From assembly GCA_976226885.1 (NCBI GenBank), contig OZ320319.1, positions 18,228,001 to 18,292,000 of the forward strand: a DNA stretch of 64,000 nucleotides, given 5' to 3'. Each line of letters opens with the position of its first letter. Position 1 is the stretch's first letter. The translations under genes were made by a program, and so were the position numbers. Shown here piece after piece: positions 23,931 to 34,870 of the stretch. The stretch is from Iphione sp. A-MEVVRFRX5 (taxonomy: Eukaryota). The notes under the pieces are model-generated. The model ran no database searches. It was not told where the DNA came from and saw only the letters and a list, made by a program, of their open reading frames with translations.

Positions 23931-25149
23931 TGAGGGCCATGGAGGGGGGCGAGTCTGGAGATTTGGGCATTGAGGGATTGGAAGATACCGAAGGGAAAGA
24001 TAAGGTAGAGATGTACAGTGTACAGACTGGGGGGGTTGTTGTTGGGTGGGGGGTTGTAGAAGAGAGAAAAAAGGCGGATGCGGGCAAAGTAGGTGTCTTT
24101 GTTGGTTTTTTTTTTAAATATGCAATAGACTGACTACTAATAAGGCCACCTTCGATTCGTTTCTAAGTGAAGTGATCACTTTCTCTTATATGATGCCCTT
24201 GGTGCTTTCCAAAACTGATGACTTCCTCTGACGAGACTCCCTTCGTTCTATCCCAGAGTTGCTCTTTCTTTTTTATGAGATTGTTCTTAGTTTTTTTTCT
24301 CCAAAGAAGTCATTCCGTCTTACAAGTATGTCTGATTCTTTCCCATGCTGATGCCTCCATCTTGTATGACTTGCTTCCAGGTTATATCTCAAAGAGGTAC
24401 TGCCCTTGTTCATTTCTTGACGAATTCAGTTGCCTCTCTGTAAGATATTCACTGGCTGCTTCCTTAAATAAGACCATTTCTAACCTTCCTTAAAGCGGTC
24501 ATTGTCGCTATTCACACCAGTCTTAGCTCTTTGCCAAAGTGACCGCATTTCAGAGGTGGTCTTCGTCAGCGGGTACTCATAACATTAGAAAATGTGGCTT
24601 GTTTGCTACGAAAGTGGCCTTTATAGAGCGATAATTTGAATGGGAGAGTCTGTAGATTATGCAATAGATGGTGTGAAGGAGAAAAGGGCATATATAAGCT
24701 AGACTTTTCATGAAGTTTTGACTCCGGTTAGCTTTCCATGTCTACACAAATTAATGCTTTTGGAGGCATAGGGCTCATGATGTGGGCGACAAACCAGACA
24801 TAGACATATCCTATGTCCCTACTCATGTGCCCAGACATTATGCTTGCTGGTTAACTACTTTTCTTGAATAAAGTGTTGATTTCAGTCATCAAAGTGGCGC
24901 CCAGGGGCTGCTCTGTGTACTGTTTTGAATATATGTACATGGGAAGCTATCAGGCACCCTGGCCCATACCCATGCATTTCGGAATGACTGCCAGAAAAAG
25001 ATAGCATGCAGAGAAAATAGGCCTTAACTGACTACACGTAGTTTCATTTTCCTATGCCTGTTCTGGGGGCGGCGACGAAGAGGCGGAGTTGAAGTTGTAC
25101 TTTTAGTTCGATAGGAGAGGACTGAGAGAGTCCCAGAGAGCAACCAAAC

Positions 25150-25900
25150 AAGTAAGGAGCGGGCTTTCCTTCGCCCTCTCACCACCAGGGGTCGTCCCGA
25201 CTGTCTGACAGCGCCGCTCTAGCGAGACGCAGGCAAACAAGTCGTGTTTGACAAGAGCTTTTCTCTGCTTTCCTAACATCCTTATTGGATGTCATCTGCC
25301 ATATTCATTCCACTCGTGTGTGTGAAATCCATTTGTATTTGTATAAGATTTAATACAACCCACCATCTCAAAACTGCTTTTATTCTGCCCACTGTATGTG
25401 CCAAGTCTATAAAAAAAAACCAAAGCCACCATCAAACCATTATTCCTGGTTATTTTCCACGCGTTCTTATTCAGGAGGTTTCGTTTTAATTTTGAGCGTG
25501 AGAAATCGAAGCAATAAGGTGTTTTCTTGTGAAGAGCCCCCTACAGTTGACCCGCGGTACTAAGCCGCTGGCCTGCGGGGCCCGGCGACCCGCGCCATTG
25601 TCGGCGGATCTGCCGTCGTCTGCGGCTTGAGATTCGTTCTGCAAACATGGCGGACAATCAGCGCGTATGGCGCGTCTTGGTTCTTGTTGATTTTTGGGCA
25701 GGTTGATACATTCGGTCGCCAGTACGGAATGCTGGATGTCAGGGTATGGTTTGGTTGGCCCCTAGGCCGCTAGGGGGGGCGCGGGGAGGGAGGAGGGAGA
25801 AGAGGGTTTCTGTAGATGGAGGTGGCATTGGTGGTGGTTAGAGCGGGGGGGGGTTGGCGGAGGTCACGTGGGGACGGTTGGTATAGATGTAACCCCCCCC
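25150..25900. promoter_or_regulatory. CpG island with CTCF-like (CCACCAGGGGTCG, 25182-25194) and YY1-like (AACATGGCGG, 25644-25653) motifs
   Basis: Motif matches and CpG density. Confidence 0.45.
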
Positions 25901-26123
25901 CCCCTTTCCTACCCGGTGAAGCTTCTGCTCGTCAGTTTCTGACAGGTGTTTGGGGGAAGATTGCACTTTACGTCCGATCCTCCCGTCGTAGACCTGCAGC
26001 TAGGTTGACAGCATTTATATACATGCACATGGCAGCATTACGTATACATCCCAAGAAGGTATGGTAGCCTTCAGTGTTTCTCATGCTGGGTGGAAAATCT
26101 CATAGAGGTACATTTATCAATAA

Positions 26124-26455
26124 AAATTAATGCCACTATTGGGACCGCATGAGTTTGTTCAACTTCAACTTGCCTTTATACCTGAGTTGGTTATATTGTA
26201 GAAAATAGACTATTGGGGCCAGCCAAATATGCCCTCTCTTCTGGGTTGCCCTCCTGGCTGATTTGCCCACTAGGTGAGCTGATACAGAATTAAGACCACC
26301 AATTGGACCAAACCATTTTGCCCTCAACTGACAGTTGCCCTGCTATCTGCGTTGCTGATACTATAGACACTACACCACTGAGACATCCTAACTTGTCCTT
26401 GACTCCGAGTTGCCCTCGTAGTAAACTTGCCCACAAGATAAGTTGCTATTGTATA
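26124..26455 (+). mobile_element. Two tandem ~165-bp units of an interspersed repeat (AATTAAGACCACC..GGACC..TTATATTGTAGAAAAT..TTGCCCTC), MITE-like; third copy at 61340-61505
   Basis: Shared blocks between 26124-26283, 26288-26455 and 61340-61505. Confidence 0.7.
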
Positions 26456-26540
26456 TGGAAATTCTCCATCTCACATTTAGATATTTGTCCCGAAATGTTG
26501 TTTATCAAGATTGTGTATCGCTCATGCGCTCTCTCTAACT

Positions 26541-26690
26541 AGAGAGAAAAAAGAGAGAAAGAGGGAGGTACAGAGAGAGAGAGAGAGGGAGGGAGGGAGG
26601 GAGGAAGGGAGGGAGAGAGACGAGGAGAAAGGGGGATGAGGAGAGAGAGGCAAGGGTAGAGAGAGAGAGAGGGAGAGAAAGAGAAAATTG
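26541..26690. repeat. GA/GGA-rich polypurine tract
   Basis: Direct reading. Confidence 0.95.
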
Positions 26691-28255
26691 GACATAAAGA
26701 TAAGAAAAGGATAAGTTGATTTAGAAAAGAAAAAGCGATGCTTTTTAAGTTGAAATGGACCAATAACGAGTAGAGTGAACAGGGGAAGGAAGTGGTGGCA
26801 GTGAAGGGCAGCGAGTGTGACAAATCCTAGTACAAAGAGTTGTTGGTAAACGCATTAAAGACAGACGGATGCAGAGACCTCTCTATACTTGGATGGTGAT
26901 TATCCTGGCCGGAGAGATAAGCTATATTGGATGTCGGCCAGGCAGACGTGTCATATCTAAATGGACACGAACACTGCCCTGCTTTATCAGGAAACAATGT
27001 TGGCTCGCCAAAGTTATTGGAGAGTCCAAAAATAAGGTGACCCCTGGATGTGTTATCCAACAGGTGTAAATCTGGCTAAGGACATTTATCTCTGCTTGAA
27101 ATGACTTTTATATAGTTTTTTTTAAGTTTCCCTCGATATAATTACATGTATTTTCATTTTAGCGGTTGTTATTTCTTCTCATCTTCACAAGCAGTATACA
27201 GGCAGGGTGTAGTTTCTCGATCTAACGAACAGCCGGATAATTATATAAATATATTATTTTGATGTGTGGAAAGGAGACCTTAAGTCTGCATCATGCACAC
27301 GTGTTTGGAAGCATCGCCGTCAGGCCAAGTACGTCTAGCAGAAGAAGACCAGTAGAAGTCTGTTATAGATTTGAACCTCGCCGTGATTGACAAGGCTTTC
27401 TACATGCAAGTTTCTCATTATCTCATGCACTTGGTGACTCCGCCAACTTAACTGTATTTTTGGTCAAATACCTGTGTCAATAGGGACCGTTTGCCCGTGA
27501 CTCCTTAAGTCAATACCACAGCTGATAGAGTTTAATACAGCACTCGGAGGGCGGGTGTTTGATGTTGGGCGTTGTAATGGAGGTTCTCAAAGTTTCCTTT
27601 TGCTTATACAGAGGGGGAAAAAACATGCCTGAACCTCAGAGAAGAAAAAGCGTATGATTTTGTATGTCTACGTGTGCGATCGTGGCAAATCCTTGTGAAT
27701 TATGGACTTCAGATACTTCTCTTTTTTCTCTTTTTTTAATACATGAAGCTCCTTGTGATATTCAATCCTTTATACCACGTAAAAGCTCGAGCTGATGTGC
27801 GGTTAACAAGGATGCTTTTTGAGATCCTCGAAGAAATATGAGAATGCTGCCTTTTTAAGGCTAAAAGAGATATATATCCAATTGCAGTTCTTTGCCCTGC
27901 CTAGATGAATAAAAAGCCATCAGACTAAAAGTATTGGCACAGTTTTTAAGGCCTTTACCACAATGTTTCACTGTTCTTGCCCGTGGGGAGGGGATGGTTC
28001 TTGTTATTAAAACATAAAATAAGACGAAGATATTTCATAGGCCGCCGATTTAAGTTTGTGAGAATGTTCTGCCATTCTCGAAATCTATTTCTTTCAAGAT
28101 CAACAAACTCTTTGACATGATTGTATGTAGGCTGTTTACTTCTGAAAATCACTTGCACAATCCGGCGAGGGATGGAACAGGTTATATTCGAAGTCCTCTT
28201 TTCCCATCTTGAGAGGAGGCGCTTCGGTGAGGACGAACATACAGAAGTCGTCCGC

Positions 28256-28646
28256 AAGGAACAACCCAGGGCAAGAAACAACTCAGGGCAAGCAACAACC
28301 CAGGGCAAGGAGCAACCTAGAGCAAGCAACAACACAGAGCAAGCAACAATCCAGGGCCAGCAACAACCCAGGGAAAGCAACAACCCAGGGCAAGCAACAA
28401 CCCAGGGCAAGGAACACCCAAGGGCAAGAAGCAGTCCAGTACAAGGAACAACCCAAGGCAAGGAGCAACCCAGGGCTAGCAACAACCCAGGGCAAGGAAC
28501 ACTCAAGGGCAAGAGACAATCTAGGGCAAGGAAGGACCAAGGACAAGGAACAACCCAGGGCAAGGAAAGGCCAAGGGCAAGGAGCAACCCTGGATAAAGA
28601 ACAATCCAGGGCAAGGAACAAATCAGGATAAGGAACAACCAAGGGC
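28256..28646. repeat. 17-bp minisatellite AAG(G/C)AACAACCCAGGGC x23
   Basis: 23 x 17 = 391 bp fits exactly from 28256 to 28646; it explains the overlapping ORFs on both strands. Confidence 0.97.
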
Positions 28647-30361
28647 AAGGAATAATAACCACAGACTCATTCAGAGTTCGTCTCACTCTCTAGAGACCTC
28701 ATTAAATTGCACCCATTATCAACATGTAAACTATCTGTTCGTTATCTTTGTAATCTTTATCTCTAATGATACAGTATGTATGTGGATTTACGTAGATAAA
28801 CACTGAATGCACTGCACGCGGTGTTACAAACAGGACCTACCACTGAGGGAGTCTGACTGATCCTGGTTTTCCAGGCCCTTCTACAGTAGTTTTCTTGATT
28901 TGCCACAGTTTTGTGATCTAGCTGCCCAGCCTGTCCTCACTTAGAGAACTATTCTACTAGTTTGATTCATATTCTGCTAGTTTGATTCAGATTGTTCAGT
29001 TTAGATTGATAACAATTGCCATCGTTACATTTGCTTGGTTTTCACCACAGTTTTCAGGTGTCGCCTTACAAAATCCATACATCTCGTTATTAGTGTCACC
29101 GTCTCAATCAAAGTAGCGCAAATGTGAACTTCGTGCCTCATCTCCATAAGCCCACCTTGAAGACTTAACCCCTCTGACTTTTCAAATAGACCCTTCCTCG
29201 CAGGTATCTCCCTCATCCTACAGACCTCTCCTTTCAACCCTCACACCTGTGCCCTCAATTGTCAGTAGAAAAATTGCAAGAATTGCATGCTTTTATCGCT
29301 CAGTCTCATATTGAGACTATTCTTCCCTGGTTTCGAATCGCCCCACAACGGTCTCCTTCGGATGAGTTGAAAGAAGTGCCGTGTGAAAGAGCTCCGACCA
29401 ACGGTCAAGTAGGAGCAAGCAATCTAATCCCACTAGCTCCGTCTAGCGGCCAGTTTACACAGGTGTCCGGCCGGTCGCCGGCTGTCCATCACCCACAGGT
29501 GTGAAGTGTGACTTATCTCCCGGATTATCGCCCACTAACCACCTCCCATCCTTCTCATCTCCCACCACCCCCGCCCCCCGCCCCCTCACACACACACACA
29601 TACACACATATAAACACACACATACATATACACGGCTTCGCACACATAAAGGAGCTGACCAGGCGGAAGGGGTCCGACCGTGACGTCAAGTGCACGCTCA
29701 TGGCAGATATTGGTTAATGCAGCCAAAAAGAAGGAAGGCCAAGTTCAGCCGAACTGCCTATAAAGGTCCACATCTAGGATGTCACATGACGGGGTCGCCT
29801 CAGGGAAGTGGGCGCAGGATGATAGCCAGTTCGCGCCATTTCCAACCCGCATGATATACACCTCAAACGACTGACCGATCTCTACACAACGAAAAGTCGT
29901 CTGCAGCTGGGGAATGTACGTTGCAGGGGTTGAACCAGTTATCACAATTCGGCCCTACTTATTGATGGGAAAACCTGTTGACTTTCTAAAAGAAATATTG
30001 TATAAAAAACGTAAAACATGAAGAAGGATGACGACTGGACAATGTCCAAGCCCTCCAGCGATTGGTCCATTGATGCGTCGCTGGCAGGCTTGGACGTTGT
30101 CCAACCTTTACACGTCTTTGAGTGTGAGAGTCAATAATACTGTAGAATAAATACGTGATCACATGACACTTTTTCATGGTTTAGCAAAGGTATGAAGTTG
30201 GACAATGTTTTAGTTACTCCAGCACTCAATGTTTAAGTCATAATAGGACAATGTTCAGGCCTACCTACCATGCAGAGATAGCTCGGTTGCCAACTGAAAC
30301 CTTTCATATGTCGACATCTACGAAGTGGTATCACCGAGTGCTGTGTCAGAAAAATGCTCAC

Positions 30362-30450
30362 CGTGTCTCTCATGTTTGTGAACGATTTCACCAAGTTCCT
30401 TTGTAAGCTCAAAGGGATGTCCCAGTGCTCCAGTAGAAAGTTGTGAGTTT
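30362..30450 (-). other. Candidate 89-nt minus-strand exon (or RT-like relic)
   Basis: Acceptor ATCTCATCAG| at 30451 and donor ACG|GTGAGC at 30362/30361; two frames open (..HNFLLEHWDIPLSLQRNLVKSFTNMRDT or ..STGALGHPFELTKELGEIVHKHERH). Confidence 0.3.
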
Positions 30451-30749
30451 CTGATGAGATGAGTTGGTAGTGAAGTGTGTTGGTCATTGTACGAATTGGC
30501 TCCGATCTTATCCAGTGAAAAAAAAAAATATCAGGCTGCCTCGGAGAAAGTCCTCCGGAGTCAAATAACACTGGCAGTGTCTGTTTTTGTGTTTTGTTTT
30601 TAGTTTTACTGCGGCCTAGCACCCTCGCTCAGTTTAGTCTTTACATCTCTTTTCCCCTTTGGGTACTTTGTCTTCGGTGGGCGCTGTGGATTTCTGCATC
30701 CCGCACGCTACCGTCTTTCTTCTACCTTTGCTCCCACAGTATTCCTTTT

Positions 30750-30752
<3 letters not shown>

Positions 30753-30834
<82 letters not shown>
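30753..30834. repeat. (CT)n microsatellite next to an assembly gap
   Basis: Direct reading. Confidence 0.98.
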
Positions 30835-30836
<2 letters not shown>

Positions 30837-30920
30837 CTGTTTGTCTCTCTGTCCCTTTCCATGCTCACTCTCTCGCTCTCTTTCCCCTGCTCTCTCTCTC
30901 CCTCTTTCTCCCTCCTTATC

Positions 30921-31077
30921 NNNNNNNNNNNNNNNNNNNNNNNNNNNNNNNNNNNNNNNNNNNNNNNNNNNNNNNNNNNNNNNNNNNNNNNNNNNNNNNN
31001 NNNNNNNNNNNNNNNNNNNNNNNNNNNNNNNNNNNNNNNNNNNNNNNNNNNNNNNNNNNNNNNNNNNNNNNNNNNNN
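30921..31077. other. Assembly gap (N run)
   Basis: 157 N. Confidence 1.
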
Positions 31078-33631
31078 CCACAAAACCTTGATTCTTTCCA
31101 TAGCGTCTCTCGCACTTGTCCCCCACCGCTGCCCTCCTCTCACAGACACTCGCCACTTCTTCCAGTCAACGCCATCTTTTTTCATTTCCTGTGACCACCA
31201 AGTAACGATCCCTCCCATGTTGCTGGCTGCGCTCTTTCACCCTTTTCTGTTCGAGCACCCCCCCCCCCACTCCCCCCCCCACTTGGCAACTCCCCCCGCT
31301 TCCCACTTAGTAACAGTAACCATGCAGTATCCTCTTGAAGGCTAACACGGGCAGCACGCAAGGTGGTCCGAACGTAACTGACCGTAGCAAGAGGACAATT
31401 AAATCATCGCCGCCCTAACGATGAATGATTGGCCAGACAAATCAAAGCAGAGAGCTGCTCAGTCGGGGGACAGTGAGCGCTTATCAGCAGCATAGATAAC
31501 GTTGTCATTCTCCAGTCGCCTGTGATCTGCTCAACGAGGGAGATGGTAATCGGAAGGTAGCCTTGGTAGCCTTCCGAAGCATCATCCCCTCCCTCGATAC
31601 GAGTAATGCTCTCTCGATGGCCTCTCTACATGTGTACTTGTCATGAGCATGTCTGAGCAAATTGCATTGCTCACGCAAGCTGCCTTTCAGGCATGGCTGC
31701 TTGTGAAATAAAAACAGATCCGTTTTTCCGTGCTGTTTATAAGAAGGCTTCGAGTCGTTAAGTTTACGTAAATACTTTAGTATAGCGAGGACCGAAGTCT
31801 ATACACATGTATATGCCGACCGGATAGATGTTATCTTTTGAGGTTGAATAGGTGCAGATATTGGTTGTAACAAATCTTGGAGCTACCGCCCATCTCGCCC
31901 TATGGTATTAAGGGAGACGTTTAGTATCCACTTACGGGGACCCCCCTTCCCAAGGGAAGATGGTTTGGATCACATTCCTTCTTGTAAATTATGTGTCTTA
32001 CTAAGTTTGGAGCGTGTGTTTAACAGAAGATTCTTGTTAGTATGTTACGTTGTTGATAGTTCTCTGTGTTCAGTTTGATGTCAGTTCTTCGCGAAGCCCC
32101 ACTTTATGGTTAGTTTTATAACCATGTGAGTGGATTAGGCTAGACAGGAAGAGGATACTGTCAAAGACAATAACGAGCTTATATAAACAGATGCAAAGCA
32201 GACGACTTTTAACATGATGGCGATGTCAGTTGCTGTATCTACACGTAGGCATGTACTGGTAAATTTCTGTTGTCAAACAAACCCTCACCTTAACAAAAAG
32301 GAGGATAATCACATCTTTTATCTCCTCGCCTACCTTGTTTTGACATGAAGACCGGAGCAGAACAAATAACAAAAATACAGACATGTTCGCAGATACTTGA
32401 AGCATCCATGGATTGTTTTGGCGTATTCTTTCAGATATGCTCTATGTCACTTGTTGATTATTTATAAAGTCTAGCCATTCTTGTCTTCTTGTCATGTACA
32501 TGTGCATCTGACACTATATTAGCGATATTATCTCATGCAATTTGAGATTTTTTAAAATACATTTAATGTAGTCATAATCAACTTTTGTCGGCACGACAGA
32601 CGAACTTTGACCGACATTGTGCACGCATGGCAATGTGAATGAGGCGCCAGTTAGTAGCTGACTGCCGCCTTTCTACCAGATTTTTAACCAGACGGCTTTA
32701 TCTACAAACCTCTGAGGAACACTGTGACAGTGTGACAGTATAGACTGACTGTCAGTCAGTATCCTGGTGCCGTTGTCCCGGGTTGTGTGGTCACGTGGGA
32801 GAACTTAACAAGGTCCGTCAGGGGACGCCACCAAAGGTCGCGGGAGGAAGTCATCTTCCCGTCATGCCTTGCGATAAATGACACACACGTGCTGTTGTCG
32901 GCAACAGGCACCAGGTGCTGTCGGCTTGGTTGGTTTCAAATGTACCCCTTAATGTTCGGCCTGGGACACATAGCGAGACGGGGCGAGTCTCGAATTTAAC
33001 AGATTTAACTCTGATTATCCTTACAATTGAACATGTTTACCATGGTATGAAGCGAATGTAAGGTCGACATACAAGAGTTCCTTATCAAAGTCCTTGGGAG
33101 CTTTGCGTCGCAATGATATTTTGCTGTCTTTATTTGCGTATTTGAAATGTGCATCTGTTGCTGTCAGTAGAAAGTGCAGTCTGTACGGGACAGGGACTCT
33201 GAGCTACGTGCAGCTCGAGCTGTTGTTCACTTGAGACGCTTGTTACTTGGGGCTCAAACATATCCGCTCTCGTCTTACGGACTTCAGTATATCTGTATCA
33301 ACGACCTGCATTCGTAAGTTACCGTCTCTGTAGTTGGTCGTCATGGAAATATTTATAAATAGGAGATGTGGGAGGGAAAAGTGCACTGGTGTCTTGCGGG
33401 TATCCCTGTCTCCAAAATTGATAAGAACAAAACCAATCGCCCAATAATTTGCTTGCGCAAGAATTTCTAAAATGGCGACTATCTAGTACATGTATTGGAT
33501 ATCAGATACTTTAGGGTAGTTGAGTAGGTCTTTTCTAGGATTACATATATCCTTACCCCTCGTTCCCTCCACTTTCTATGTAGTCTCCGAGAGGGACTCA
33601 ACATTCATGATTTTACCAAGAAGATATATTA

Positions 33632-33976
33632 GGGGTTGGGAGTTAGCTCAGTGGTAGACCACTGGTCCACTGACTGATAGGTCACAGGTTCAATCCCGGG
33701 CCTGGCACTCTTGATCAAGACCAGACAGATTTACTGTAGCTCTAACCCAGAGTGGTCCACAACTTGTAAAATGGCTGTGGGTATATAAGATTCTGTCCCC
33801 TATGTAAAAAAGACCCCAGAAACCTATTCAAAATAGGAGTAGGGGACAACTCTGGATATTCTGGTCTCTCAATTCTCAGTAATAGATGGTAATATGCCAC
33901 CCTAGGAGGATATGGAAGACCCCTGTCATGTGATAGAGAATATCTAGTTCCTGATAAAAGATACAATGAAATGAAA
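33632..33976 (+). mobile_element. tRNA-derived SINE, apparently full length (~345 bp)
   Basis: Pol III A box TAGCTCAGTGGTAG (33644) and B box GGTTCAATCCC (33687-33697); tRNA stems are degenerate; the body matches a second copy at 56347-56560; AATGAAATGAAA tail. Confidence 0.85.
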
Positions 33977-34249
33977 ATTACAAAGTGGGAGTTAATTCCT
34001 GTATTTCCAGCTGGATTCTTTCCATATTGGGCTCATGTACATGGTAAAACGATACTGACTAGTCAAAAGTACCCAAACATAATGCAAGAGTTTGGTTCAC
34101 TGAATGTAAATGGTTTAAATACAGGAGAAACGTACATGTAGGTGGAGTATTAACACTGCACCTCATGTGTACATTGCTTGTTGCCAAAGTTGATGAAAAT
34201 GCTCGTGTGCCATATGACCGATCCAAGCAGCCGATCCATGCGGCCATCT

Positions 34250-34870
34250 TGACCAATCCTCACTAGATGGGTAGCTTGGACGACCAAGCATGGCTAGAGT
34301 GAGTCACGGGGCTTTGACTGGAAGAGAAAGCGTGACTAGAGAAGGTCAACCAAGCCAGATAAAGTGAACCAGCCAGGATGGGCAGACCACACAAACCATA
34401 GACAGCCAGTCTGACCCAATGGGACAGTCCATCCTATTAAGCTGAACTATATCAATCCAGCCAAATCATTCCAACCTGGGAAGCAGGTTGGTAAAATAAA
34501 CCAGCCCAACCCAACTTGGCGACAACCCAGCCAAAATGAACTAGTCAAACTTAGACCATCCCGACTGGACAGGCAAACTAGAAGGATGAACTGGTCAAAC
34601 TCAGCCAGACTAACCAACCCAGACAGGTAACCCAGGAAAATTAACCTGCCAGACTCAGCAAGACTAACCCAAGCAAATAGGTAAGCCAGACAAAATGAAC
34701 AGGTCAATCTCAGCCACAGTAAACCAAGTAGACAGACAAGCCAGCTGAATTTCACCAAGTCAACCTAACCCTACCAGAAGGGTAATCCAGCAAAAACGAA
34801 ACGGTCAAACCAGGTAGACTGGTCCTACCAGACAGGCAGATTAGTCCATCACAGCCACTATAACCCAACT
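34250..34870. repeat. Degenerate CCAG/AACC/GACA-rich cryptic minisatellite
   Basis: Recurring CCAGCCAG, CCAGACAGG and AACC motifs; source of the Leu/Trp-rich minus ORFs. Confidence 0.7.

Noticed and set aside
24190-24480. Minus-strand fragment containing VISFGKHQG (FGK-x-x-G motif)
   Set aside because: Short motif in a stop-interrupted frame; insufficient to call a transposon or nuclease domain.
27907-27921. miR-135-like GATGGCTTTTTATTC on minus
   Set aside because: 14-nt match including the seed, but the rest diverges and the potential hairpin pairs poorly.
27955-28686. 243-aa, 158-aa, 140-aa and 121-aa ORFs with QGKEQPRA or LLLALGCSLPW repeats
   Set aside because: They are products of a 17-bp repeat lacking stops in several frames on both strands; the period is not a multiple of 3.
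30594-31345. Long ORFs spanning (CT)n and the N gap (also those at 12.3, 17.7, 14.0, 42.8 and 44.7 kb)
   Set aside because: Artefacts of dinucleotide repeats and N runs lacking stop codons.
33637-33710. tRNA gene
   Set aside because: A and B boxes are present, but the acceptor and T stems do not pair, and the sequence continues into a body repeated at 56.3-56.6 kb; it is a SINE head.
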